64,000 nucleotides of DNA from contig DDIU01000049.1 in the NCBI GenBank assembly GCA_002338655.1, positions 2,830-66,829 of the forward strand, read 5' to 3'. This document shows positions 18,597-28,057 of this stretch, one piece after another (positions within the stretch are counted from its first letter, which is position 1; each line of letters begins with the position of its first letter). The DNA comes from Flammeovirgaceae bacterium UBA1842. Its GTDB lineage: Bacteria; Bacteroidota; Bacteroidia; Cytophagales; Cyclobacteriaceae. The notes beneath the pieces were generated by a model. It was not told the DNA's origin and ran no database searches. It worked only from the letters and a program-made list of their open reading frames with translations. The position numbers and the translations under genes are program-made.

Positions 18597-21500
18597 ATGC
18601 AATCGAAATATTTTTGGAACCAATGGCCTAAGGCCTACAAATATTCTTATCTACTTTTCTTGACATTATTTGTTATGGCCATGCTATGGATGGCCGTTAG
18701 CTATGTCATCGGTGTGGGCAATGTTTTAGATTGGAACATCCTCGCACAAGTGGATAAGGCAGAAATAATTGTTAAGACCTTCAAAGTTGGTCCTTTCAAC
18801 CTATCACAGTCAGTTGATAGTACCATTTTTACACAAGAATATGCCGGCACAGCCCCTGCCATAAATGTGTTTTCTTATTACTTATTCTTATTGGCGATTA
18901 CCTTAGTAGCCACCTTATTGGTGACCGTAATAAGTAACCTCACCCGATTTTGGTACTATGTAGGCATAGCCATATTTGCATTTTTTCTAGTTAGTCTAAA
19001 ACTTGAATTACTGCTGTTTTTTGGCAGTGGGCAGAAGATTGGTTTGGTCATAGCCTTGATCCTTTATTTGCCACTCTCCTTTTATTTCCAAAGTATAAAA
19101 ACCGAAACCCCGTTGATAAAACGGTTTCTTGCCTTTTTTGGTGTGGCTATCATTTTAGCTATACTTATTGGATTTGGAACAGATGTGCCACATCCTTTTT
19201 TCTATCTGAGCACCTCAATGATAGGTAGTGCTTTCTTAATTTCCCTTTTATTCATATTCGGGATAGCTCACGAAATAATTGCTTCATTTGTTTACCTACT
19301 CTATGGCAGAGTTAGTTCGCAGGGTACCAAAAATGGATTCATACATTTTATTGTCATCACCCTCTTTTATTTGGTCAATCTTACCCTAGCCTTCCTCCAC
19401 GAAACGAATATCATCGATTGGGATTTTCTATATGTAAATGTTTTCATTCTACTTATTATTTCTGCCCTTCTTGGAATTTGGGGTTTTAGGCATCGTGAGA
19501 ATCAATATGATTACATATTTAAATTTTATCCCACAGGGGCGTTGACCTTTCTTGGTCTAGGGATAGTTTGTTTTATCACTATTGCTCATCTCCAGACCAC
19601 AGGTAATGATGCAGGACTTGAGATTTTTCGTGATTTTATTCTTTATAGTCACCTTGGCTTTGGCATCATTTTCTTGCTTTACATTATTTCCAATTTTGTA
19701 TCGCTTCTCAAAAAGAACCTGCCACTATATCAGGTGCTGTATAGGCCCAATGGCATGCCATACTTTACTTTTAGGTTTGCTGGGATAATCCTTGTTGTGG
19801 CTTTTGTATTAAAATCAAACTGGCAAGTACCCGTATTTCAAGGCAAAGCCGCCTATTACAATAGTGTGGCTGATCTTCATCAATATAATGGTGAAAAACA
19901 ACTTGCCGAACGGTATTATAAGGAGGCCGCTAATTATGCCCTCTATAATCACAAATCAAACTATTCCTTGGCCGTATTGTCAGAGCGATCGGGCAATGAT
20001 GAACAAGCATTGTACAGATATAAAGAGGCCACAAAAAAATGGCCCAGTCCCCAAGCTTATGTCAACCTTTCAAATCTACATCTAAAAAATCAGCAGTTTT
20101 TTGATGCACTTTTTACCGCAAAGGAAGCGGTTAAAAAATATCCTGAAAGCCCTGAGGTATTAAACACATTAGGGTTGATATATGGGAAAACGAGCATCAT
20201 AGATTCTGCTATATACTATCTGGATAAAGCCAGTAAAATAGAGCCGGATAAAGGTGGTGCGATAAGTAATATCATGGCACTTTTAGCCAAGAATACATTT
20301 GAAATACCCGTTGACACAGTGCTTAAAGAATATCAGGTAGGAGATGATCCGATTAGCATCAATAATAAATTAGTTCTGGGTAATAAAACACAACAGTTTT
20401 TAAATATCCCCTTTAGCAAGTCCGATTCTGCACTTACCCTTGTGGATGCAAGTATTTTAGAAAATATGGCTATCAATAGTCTTTATGATAAGGATACAGC
20501 GAGTACGGAGCCAATAACCGCCTATAGTAGATACCCTTCCAATGTTGCCTTTAAAGAATCATTGGAATATGCTGCATGTCTGCAGTTATATAATAACGGG
20601 GACATCAATAATGCATTTAGAAGGCTCAACTGGCTAGCCAATACCAGTGAGCAAATGGCAGCCAAATATTTTGATGACATCGGGCTTTGGGCTCTGGAAC
20701 AAGGTGCAGCTGACGTGGCCATTGAATATTTCCAGTGGGCAAAAGATAAGGGGTATGACGATGCTGCTTTGCACCTGGCAATTGCTTTAGCTGAAAATCA
20801 AAATATCCCTCAGGCTATTCATAATTGGAATGAACTGGTTCAAGCCGATGATCCTAGCTTAAAACAAATAGCTCAAAGTATGAGCTCAGTATTGTCATTA
20901 ACCCCTTCTGAGGCCATGAGAAGGGAGGATAGCCAGTTGTATCTTTTTGAAAGATTTATGTTGAGTGCCACAGACACACTATTGTTCAATTCATTGGTAA
21001 ACCATTTTGAAGACCCGAATTATAAAGCACAGGCGATATTGGATATGGCACGAAAGCTTTGGAAACGTGATTTATCGAATTCGGCTATAGAAATATACTC
21101 CATGGCCAAAGGATTAAATATTACAGATGAGGAATTATATAATAATCTCCAGTTTTTTGAGCTTCGAATGCTTGCAGCTGATGGTAATATCAGAGGGTTA
21201 GCACAAAAAATCAATCAAGATATCGAGTTTGACACTTCACACAATCTTGAAAAGGCCTACTTTACTGGCTTAATCAATGAGGCTAATGGAGATTCAATTG
21301 CAGCTTTAATTAATTATAAATTTATATCCGATCGAAATCCATTTTATGAAGAATCAGTCATTGCTGCAGCTCGCTATTTTGGTAAGTCGGATGCATTTAA
21401 AAGCTATAATGTTTTATTAAGTGCATTGGAGATCAACCCAAGGTCTATCAAGCTATTGAAGGCTTATATTTACCAATGTGCCTTGGTTCAACAAAACACT

Positions 21501-21614
21501 TCTGCTAATATTGCCCTTGCAACATTGAAACCGTTGGTTTCCTATTCAGAATACAATATGATAGAGGCCAATTACAAAGAATTAGTAAATAAAATGAATG
21601 AAGAGTGGCCTTAA
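18597..21614 (+). CDS. Multi-pass membrane protein with C-terminal TPR repeats
   Basis: About 14 hydrophobic segments in the first ~410 aa, then helical TPR-like repeats. Confidence 0.75.
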   Translation: MQSKYFWNQWPKAYKYSYLLFLTLFVMAMLWMAVSYVIGVGNVLDWNILAQVDKAEIIVKTFKVGPFNLSQSVDSTIFTQEYAGTAPAINVFSYYLFLLAITLVATLLVTVISNLTRFWYYVGIAIFAFFLVSLKLELLLFFGSGQKIGLVIALILYLPLSFYFQSIKTETPLIKRFLAFFGVAIILAILIGFGTDVPHPFFYLSTSMIGSAFLISLLFIFGIAHEIIASFVYLLYGRVSSQGTKNGFIHFIVITLFYLVNLTLAFLHETNIIDWDFLYVNVFILLIISALLGIWGFRHRENQYDYIFKFYPTGALTFLGLGIVCFITIAHLQTTGNDAGLEIFRDFILYSHLGFGIIFLLYIISNFVSLLKKNLPLYQVLYRPNGMPYFTFRFAGIILVVAFVLKSNWQVPVFQGKAAYYNSVADLHQYNGEKQLAERYYKEAANYALYNHKSNYSLAVLSERSGNDEQALYRYKEATKKWPSPQAYVNLSNLHLKNQQFFDALFTAKEAVKKYPESPEVLNTLGLIYGKTSIIDSAIYYLDKASKIEPDKGGAISNIMALLAKNTFEIPVDTVLKEYQVGDDPISINNKLVLGNKTQQFLNIPFSKSDSALTLVDASILENMAINSLYDKDTASTEPITAYSRYPSNVAFKESLEYAACLQLYNNGDINNAFRRLNWLANTSEQMAAKYFDDIGLWALEQGAADVAIEYFQWAKDKGYDDAALHLAIALAENQNIPQAIHNWNELVQADDPSLKQIAQSMSSVLSLTPSEAMRREDSQLYLFERFMLSATDTLLFNSLVNHFEDPNYKAQAILDMARKLWKRDLSNSAIEIYSMAKGLNITDEELYNNLQFFELRMLAADGNIRGLAQKINQDIEFDTSHNLEKAYFTGLINEANGDSIAALINYKFISDRNPFYEESVIAAARYFGKSDAFKSYNVLLSALEINPRSIKLLKAYIYQCALVQQNTSANIALATLKPLVSYSEYNMIEANYKELVNKMNEEWP

Positions 21615-21674
21615 TATAGTGCCATAAATCAATGAAAATAAAATTTTAAATTTATCGCTTTAAATACTTGTCCC

Positions 21675-22757
21675 ATGGAATTAAAGAAAATAGCCCTCAA
21701 CGACCTTCATGAAAAACTCGGTGCTAAAATGGTGCCTTTTGCAGGATACAATATGCCAGTGAGATACTCCTCTGACATTGAAGAACACATGACTGTAAGG
21801 AATGGGGTAGGCATGTTTGATGTGTCACACATGGGTGAGTTTTTAATAACCGGGCCAAATGCTTTGGCATTGATCCAAAAGGTGACTTCTAATGATGCTT
21901 CGAAATTAGAGATCGGCAAGGTACAATACTCCTATTTACCCAATGACAAAGGAGGTATTGTTGACGATTTGTTGGTGTATCAGATACGGGAAGAGGAATA
22001 TATGTTGGTGGTGAATGCCTCCAATATTGATAAAGATTGGTCATGGATAGTTTCCAAAAATGACATAGGGGCCACTATGAAAAACATCTCCGATGACTTT
22101 TCCCTATTTGCCGTTCAAGGGCCAAAGGCTACTGAATCTTTGCAAAAATTGACTTCCGTTGATCTGTCTAATATTCCATTTTATACTTTCGCTATAGGTG
22201 ATTTTGCCGGTGCTGAGCATGTCATAATTTCTGCTACAGGTTATACTGGCTCAGGTGGATTTGAGATTTATCTGCACAATAGAGATGCCGAAATGATATG
22301 GAATAAAATCATGGAAGCAGGTGCTGAATTTGATCTTAAACCAATAGGCCTAGGTGCACGGGATACGTTACGCATGGAAATGGGCTTTTGCCTTTATGGC
22401 AATGATATTGATGATAACACTTCACCCTTGGAAGCAGGCCTAGGATGGATTACTAAGTTTACCAAAGAGTTTACCAACTCAGCAGCCCTTCAAAAACAGA
22501 AAGAAGCGGGCGTAACCAAGAAATTAATTGGCTTTAAGATGATCGATCGGGGTATCCCTCGTCATAATTATGAAATTCAGGATGCAAAGGGGAACACCAT
22601 TGGAAGAGTTACCTCAGGCACCCAATCGCCTGTATTGTCACAAGGTATTGGAATGGGGTATGTAAATACTGAGTTTGCCAAAGCAGATACTGAAATATAC
22701 ATAGCTGTAAGAAACAAAGCACTGAAGGCTGTGGTAAGTAAGTTGCCGTTGATTTAG
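21675..22757 (+). CDS. gcvT: Glycine cleavage system T protein
   Basis: [30 protein letters not shown] and [13 protein letters not shown]. Confidence 0.97.
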   Translation: MELKKIALNDLHEKLGAKMVPFAGYNMPVRYSSDIEEHMTVRNGVGMFDVSHMGEFLITGPNALALIQKVTSNDASKLEIGKVQYSYLPNDKGGIVDDLLVYQIREEEYMLVVNASNIDKDWSWIVSKNDIGATMKNISDDFSLFAVQGPKATESLQKLTSVDLSNIPFYTFAIGDFAGAEHVIISATGYTGSGGFEIYLHNRDAEMIWNKIMEAGAEFDLKPIGLGARDTLRMEMGFCLYGNDIDDNTSPLEAGLGWITKFTKEFTNSAALQKQKEAGVTKKLIGFKMIDRGIPRHNYEIQDAKGNTIGRVTSGTQSPVLSQGIGMGYVNTEFAKADTEIYIAVRNKALKAVVSKLPLI

Positions 22758-22762
22758 AAATA

Positions 22763-22829
22763 CTCTGTGTTTCTTCTCTGTGATCTCTGCGGTAAGGATA
22801 AACCACTGAGCACACAGAGCCACACAGAG
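22763..22829. repeat. Intergenic imperfect inverted repeat built from CTCTGTG/CACAGAG units
   Basis: Left arm CTCTGTG...CTCTGTGATCTCTGCGGT, right arm ACCACTGAGCACACAGAGCCACACAGAG. Confidence 0.7.
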
Positions 22830-22858
22830 AAATTATCCATATTCCCTATAATTGCAAT

Positions 22859-23560
22859 ATGAAAACTGTCGATGTTTGCTTAAGCCCAGATCTCATTCAC
22901 TTGTATGATGTTTCTGACAAGGTTGTTGTAGTAGTTGATATTCTGAGGGCAACATCTTGCATGACGGCAGGATTGGCCAACGGAGTAAAAAGTATTACTC
23001 CTTATCAAAATCTAGAGCAATGCGAATTCATGAAATACAAAGGCTATTTAATAGCTGGTGAACGGGATGGACAAAAAGTAGATGGTTTTGACCTTGGTAA
23101 TTCTCCGTTCGACTATTTGGATGAAAGTGTCAGAGGCAAAAAAGTAGCTGTAACCACTACTAATGGTACTGTCGCCATTGAAAAATCAAAACGTGCCATT
23201 GAGGTGATTATAGGTTCATTTTTGAATATCTCTGCTGTGGCTGCTCATGTTAAAAAACAACGGCAAAACGTATTGATATTATGTGCAGGTTGGAAGGGGA
23301 AAATCAATTTGGAAGACTCACTTTTTACTGGAGCGCTGGTTGATAAATTGATTGATGATTTCGCTTTTGAAAGTGATGCACCTCTTTTAGCTCAAGCCTG
23401 CTATCTTCAAATGAAAGATGATATGCTTCATCGAGTTCAAAACTCATCACATGCTAAGCGACTAAACAGACTGAATGTTCAAAAAGACATCGAATACTGT
23501 CTTAAATTAGATGAGTTTGATATAGTGCCCAGGTTAGTGGGTGAAGAACTAGTCGTCTAA
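22859..23560 (+). CDS. comB: 2-phosphosulfolactate phosphatase family protein
   Basis: VVVDILRATS, AGERDG, GNSP, TTTNGT and LEDSL. Confidence 0.88.
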   Translation: MKTVDVCLSPDLIHLYDVSDKVVVVVDILRATSCMTAGLANGVKSITPYQNLEQCEFMKYKGYLIAGERDGQKVDGFDLGNSPFDYLDESVRGKKVAVTTTNGTVAIEKSKRAIEVIIGSFLNISAVAAHVKKQRQNVLILCAGWKGKINLEDSLFTGALVDKLIDDFAFESDAPLLAQACYLQMKDDMLHRVQNSSHAKRLNRLNVQKDIEYCLKLDEFDIVPRLVGEELVV

Positions 23561-23562
23561 GT

Positions 23563-23889
23563 TTAACGCAACTTAGGGTTGTTTTTATGTCGATTTTGAT
23601 CCCGTTCTGATTTCTTTTCGAAATTTTTCTCCAAAGCTTTAGTCAGATCAACCCCTGTTTGGTTAGCCATGCAGATCAGTACCCACATTACATCGGCCAT
23701 TTCATCAGCCAAGTCCAGATTTTTATCTGATTCCTTTTCAGATTGCTCGCCATAACGTCTCGCCATAATACGCGCCAACTCACCCACTTCTTCTGTTAGT
23801 ATGGTCATGTTAGTGAGTTCGTTAAAATAACGTACTCCTGTGGTTTTGATCCAGTTATCTACTTGCTTTTGAGCTTCTTCGATGGTCAT
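23563..23889 (-). CDS. MazG-like nucleotide pyrophosphohydrolase
   Basis: LTEEVGELAR and ADEMADV motifs. Confidence 0.88.
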   Translation of the reverse strand: MTIEEAQKQVDNWIKTTGVRYFNELTNMTILTEEVGELARIMARRYGEQSEKESDKNLDLADEMADVMWVLICMANQTGVDLTKALEKNFEKKSERDQNRHKNNPKLR

Positions 23890-23905
23890 TTACTAATTGT
23901 TATTT

Positions 23906-24358
23906 TCACTGTTTGTTTTTCGAATCGATAATAATAGTTACCGGACCGTCATTGACCAGACTCACTTTCATGTCCGCACCAAATTTTCCTGTTTCAATCT
24001 TATGTCCCAATTCACCTTCTAGCTTTTCAATAAACTGCTGGTACAATGGAATGGCTATTTCTGGTTTTGCAGCTTTAATATAGGACGGTCGATTTCCCTT
24101 TTTTGTACTCGCATGAAGGGTAAACTGACTGATTAATAACAAGTTGCCATGGACATCAATCAAACTTTTGTTCATCACACCCTCCTCATCATTAAAAATT
24201 CTAAGATTGATGATCTTACGAACCAACCAGTTGATGTCTTCTTGGCCATCCGCTTCTTCTATTCCCAGAAGCACCATCAATCCATGGCCTATTTCACCTG
24301 CTACGACTCCATTTATCGTTACCGCTGCTTCAGACGCACGTTGAATTACTGCAAGCAT
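23906..24358 (-). CDS. dtd: D-aminoacyl-tRNA deacylase
   Basis: VIQRASEA, SQFTL, RPSY, FGADMKV and NDGPVT. Confidence 0.96.
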   Translation of the reverse strand: MLAVIQRASEAAVTINGVVAGEIGHGLMVLLGIEEADGQEDINWLVRKIINLRIFNDEEGVMNKSLIDVHGNLLLISQFTLHASTKKGNRPSYIKAAKPEIAIPLYQQFIEKLEGELGHKIETGKFGADMKVSLVNDGPVTIIIDSKNKQ

Positions 24359-24361
24359 AAT

Positions 24362-25015
24362 TTAAAATTGCTGAAGGCTGTCCGATTCATGGTAATACTG
24401 TCCTTTCTCATCAAGAGAAGCTTTTGCAAGCATAGCCCGCACTACTTTTATCGAGTGTATTCCTTTATATTTTTTCAATGCGCCAATAAATAAGAATCCC
24501 AAAACTGTAAATAATACCTGGCCTATCTTCTCACCAATCCGCAACTCTTTGCGGGGGCCAAGCAACAAGGAAGGCCTGAAAATATGGAATGTATCAAAAA
24601 ATAAATGGGAAATGGCGTCCTCTACCTCACCTTTCACTTTGTTATAGAAAATTTTTGAATTGGCATCTGCACCCAAAGCAGTCACAATGAGGTACTGTTT
24701 TGCGCCTTGCTCCTTGGCCAATTTGGCGGTCTCTAGTGGGTATTCATAGTCCACTTTTTTAAAAGCCTCCTGGCTACCTGCTGTTTTTATCGTTGTTCCA
24801 AGACAGCAGAACACGTCATCCACTTTAAACCATTCTGGATTACTGCCTAGCTTACTAAAATCTGCTATTTGATTGACAAACTTAGTATTCTTTTTTTCAA
24901 TAGGCTTTCGGGAAAGGGTGGTTACTTGGTCATAGCGGTCACTTTCTAGAAGTAGATCAAGTAATTGGCCTCCTATTAAGCCAGTAGACCCTATAAGCAA
25001 AGCGGTTTTACCCAT
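24362..25015 (-). CDS. NAD(P)-binding oxidoreductase (TIP30/YraR-like)
   Basis: GSTGLIG Rossmann motif, FCCLGTT, VDYEYP and FRPSLLLG. The likely start is MGKTALL at 25015. Confidence 0.85.
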   Translation of the reverse strand: MGKTALLIGSTGLIGGQLLDLLLESDRYDQVTTLSRKPIEKKNTKFVNQIADFSKLGSNPEWFKVDDVFCCLGTTIKTAGSQEAFKKVDYEYPLETAKLAKEQGAKQYLIVTALGADANSKIFYNKVKGEVEDAISHLFFDTFHIFRPSLLLGPRKELRIGEKIGQVLFTVLGFLFIGALKKYKGIHSIKVVRAMLAKASLDEKGQYYHESDSLQQF

Positions 25016-25424
25016 TTTCGATTTGTTGTTCTTGTTGCTCCCACTCAATAAACTTATAAATCTCTTGTTGGACTTTGCTATACACCCATAGGATCACTGC
25101 AAAATCATCAACAAGACCTGTAATAGGAATAAAGTCAGGGATCAAATCCAATGGAGTTACAAAATAAACCAATCCTGCTACTATCATTAAAATGGTTTGC
25201 AAATCAACATCCCGGTAATGGCCTTTTACATACGCTTTTACCAATCTTATAAGCACCTTGATCTGACTGACTACGGTAGTATTATTGATATTTTCTACCT
25301 TTAATTCCGAAAGCTTCTCACTCGAAACATTGAAAAGATGTTTTAATTTCCCTTTATTTTTTAGAATGTTTGAAGCACGTTTTTTGGCGTTTTTAAAAAA
25401 TTTATTTCCTTCAATATTCTTCAT
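25008..25424 (-). CDS. YkvA/DUF1232 family protein
   Basis: LVYFVTPLDLIPDFIPITGLVDD motif. Confidence 0.88.
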   Translation of the reverse strand: MKNIEGNKFFKNAKKRASNILKNKGKLKHLFNVSSEKLSELKVENINNTTVVSQIKVLIRLVKAYVKGHYRDVDLQTILMIVAGLVYFVTPLDLIPDFIPITGLVDDFAVILWVYSKVQQEIYKFIEWEQQEQQIENG

Positions 25425-25433
25425 AATAATTGT

Positions 25434-25955
25434 TTAAAAGGTCTCCCAAATCTCTTTCTTCACCGTAAGTAAAGCATGTTGTATCGGGTCATGTTCTTTT
25501 TGCAGTGTTCTTTCAAATATCAGTTTTGATAAATCAACGCCTGTAGATTCTGCCGATAAATTACCCATGGCATCATTTATAGTTACTATCAGGTCTTCTT
25601 TGCATGATTTTACCAATTCCCAAGCCTGCTCACTCATATATAACTGCTGTGAAACATTATGGTTATATTCTTCACGGATTTCATTGAGCAATATTTGCTG
25701 AAATTCCTTGGCGGTATAGTTACCATTATTCAGTCTTACAATAAGATTATTTGGGCTGATTCTTTCTAAAAACAGGCATACACGCTCATAGGCATGCAGC
25801 CTATTGGGCAATACAGTCTCTATACTTTTACCCCGTACTTCAATTCGCTTCTTATCAATCTCACCATTAATAAACGACTTTACGATTAAGTACATTGCAT
25901 AAAGTACCAATCCTGCAGGGATTATTAATTTTCCAAACTCAATTATTGCGTCCAT
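25434..25955 (-). CDS. Conserved hypothetical protein with an N-terminal membrane anchor
   Basis: Long clean ORF. RLHAYER..LFLERISP and EYNHNVSQQLYMS look like a conserved Bacteroidota family. Confidence 0.7.
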   Translation of the reverse strand: MDAIIEFGKLIIPAGLVLYAMYLIVKSFINGEIDKKRIEVRGKSIETVLPNRLHAYERVCLFLERISPNNLIVRLNNGNYTAKEFQQILLNEIREEYNHNVSQQLYMSEQAWELVKSCKEDLIVTINDAMGNLSAESTGVDLSKLIFERTLQKEHDPIQHALLTVKKEIWETF

Positions 25956-26116
25956 ATATTTTTATTGTGTTTATATTCAAAATTGGCCAAACCAATATTA
26001 TTTACCATGTGTTTTACTAAAAACAACCATAAATTGGCTCCGACTAAACAATATCCTTGTTCTAATAATAGGTTAAATTAGCAAAGTCAGTGTAATTATA
26101 AGCAACAGACCGAAAA

Positions 26117-26431
26117 ATGCAGACAATAATTCCCGTTTCACTTACAGAAAGTGCCGTAGAAGAGGTTAAGAACATCATGCAAAATAAAAATATTCCTGAA
26201 GGATATAAACTAAGGGTAGGAATAAAGGGAAGTGGTGGCTGCCTCGGATTTGCGTTTATGCTAGGGTTCGACAAAAAAAAGGATAATGATATTGAATTTG
26301 AGACCAATGGCGTTCAGGTACTTGTAGAGAAAAAACATGCCATGTACCTGCTAGACATGGAAGTTGACTTCCATGATGGTGACGATGCCAGAGGGTTTAC
26401 TTTTGCTAAGAAGAGCAAGGTGGATGTATAA
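26117..26431 (+). CDS. HesB/IscA family Fe-S assembly accessory protein
   Basis: VSLTESAV, LRVGIKGSGGC and VDF...RGFTF. The C-terminal CxC is absent. Confidence 0.8.
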   Translation: MQTIIPVSLTESAVEEVKNIMQNKNIPEGYKLRVGIKGSGGCLGFAFMLGFDKKKDNDIEFETNGVQVLVEKKHAMYLLDMEVDFHDGDDARGFTFAKKSKVDV

Positions 26432-26437
26432 AGGAAT

Positions 26438-26843
26438 TTAATGGCTAAAGCCAATTATCATGCGGTTCAGCCCGTGGTAAGCATTGAGCATTTTATTATA
26501 TTAGGGAAAGGGGGTGAGTAAAATTAGCTAAAATGCTATGTTTAGTTTTGAAAGCCCAAAACCTATCGAATCCGAACTTTCATTTATGGTATTTCAATGA
26601 AGGTTAGTGGCTAAAGCCATATTGTTTATTCCTGATAAACACGCCTTAAAAGGCGTGGAAAGTGATCTAAAATCAAGTTATTTTTATTAATCATACAATA
26701 AAATGACCAATCAAATACCCTGAATTTAATATCCTAATTGTTAATTAGACCATAGTTTACTAATCCGTAAAGGTCACATCAAATTTTACCACGTGGCTTC
26801 AGCCCGTGGTAATTATAAATGACATAAAAGGGCTTTAGCCCTT
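26438..26843. repeat. REP/REPIN-like array on the 3' side of the transposase
   Basis: TGGCTAAAGCCA at 26442 and 26608, CACGCCTTAAAAGGCGTG at 26640, ACCACGTGGCTTCAGCCCGTGGT at 26788 and AAGGGCTTTAGCCCTT at 26828. Confidence 0.85.
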
Positions 26844-27269
26844 AAGCTTCTCAAACCCATACTTGTCAATAAACAATTTGTATTCTTGATCGAAAGAATT
26901 TTTTTGATGATGCACTTCTTGGTTTTTAATATAATTTCTAACTTTTTCAACTTGTGATTCACTTACAGATATAGCGAAATACTCATCCTGCCATCCGAAT
27001 TTCGTTTTAGTAAGCTTTTGTTTGTTGATCCAAAATGCCGACTCCCCCTTTATAAGTTGCATTACCTTGGCAATGGTCTGATCCGATTTCAATGAGACAA
27101 GACAATGGACATGGTCAACATATCCATTTATAAAATCAATATAAATTCCTTTGTCTTTAGCATTGGTTCTTATGTGGTCAAAAACAGGTTTTCTGATTTC
27201 CCTTTCTAGAAATGGAGCTCGGTTTTTAGTAGTCCAAACCAAATGAATCCAAACTTTTACAAATGGCAT
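26835..27269 (-). mobile_element. tnpA: HUH/Y1 transposase (IS200/IS605 TnpA-like, RAYT-like), no tnpB
   Basis: IHLVWTTKNR, HUH motif DHVH, WQDEY and catalytic Tyr in YIKNQ. Flanked by REP-like hairpins. Confidence 0.9.
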
Positions 27270-27280
27270 TTCAATTAATG

Positions 27281-27693
27281 TTAGTGGCTAAAGCCAGTTG
27301 AATCTGTTTTAGCAACACGCCTTAAAAGGCGTGGTATTTAATTAGCGAATTAAGTTTAAGTACAATCATAATCCAAGTAAAAGGCAAGGTTATTACTGGG
27401 TTGAACATGGTGGTAATAGCATTTAATAAAAATTTTTGAACTCTTATGTTCACGCTATAAAAAAGAAAGCCGTTCATATTGAAAGTTAATGGCTAAAGCC
27501 GATAAAATTTGTCTCTGATAGCCACGCCTTAAAAGGCATGGCAAATGACCCTCCCGTTAGGCAGGGCACTCAAATATTGAATTAATATTAAGAATTACGC
27601 AAGGTGATCCCCTGATTATAAAGCATACACCTAAAGATTACCACGTGGCTTTAGCCCGTGGTTATTACCCGTGACAAACAAGGGCTTTGGCTC
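27281..27693. repeat. REP/REPIN-like array on the 5' side of the transposase
   Basis: TGGCTAAAGCC at 27285 and 27490, CACGCCTTAAAAGGC(G/A)TG at 27316 and 27523, ACCACGTGGCTTTAGCCCGTGGT at 27640, and degenerate copies at ~27391 and ~27680. Confidence 0.85.
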
Positions 27694-27703
27694 AATAACT
27701 TAC

Positions 27704-28057
27704 TTAACGTTCAAGCTTCAACGACACAGTAGCTCTTTTACAATCACCAGCAATAGGGGGGTTCTCTTTTGAAAGGCTTACTTCTACACTTTCTACTTCC
27801 AATTCTTTGAGGATTCGCTGGCAGATTTGTATTACAACATGCTCCAATAATTTTGAAGGGACGGCCATAACCTCAGCAGCTATGGCATAAATTTTTTCGT
27901 AATCAACCGTTTTAGTTAGATCATCATTTGTAGCAGCAGATGAAAAATCAGCCTCTACAGTTATATTGAGTAAAAATGTATTTCCATTTTTACGTTCATG
28001 TTCATAAAATCCATGATAGGCATAAAATGAAAGCCCTTCTAAACTGATTTTACCCAT
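27704..28057 (-). CDS. folB: Dihydroneopterin aldolase
   Basis: FYAYHG, DDLTKTVDYE, SKLLEHV and KENPP. Confidence 0.93.
   Translation of the reverse strand: MGKISLEGLSFYAYHGFYEHERKNGNTFLLNITVEADFSSAATNDDLTKTVDYEKIYAIAAEVMAVPSKLLEHVVIQICQRILKELEVESVEVSLSKENPPIAGDCKRATVSLKLER

Noticed and set aside
26438-27693. REP array as a CRISPR or TIGR-type guide array
   Set aside because: Units are irregularly spaced and in both orientations, and there is no Cas, TnpB, IscB or Nop-domain gene. The adjacent protein is a Y1 HUH enzyme.
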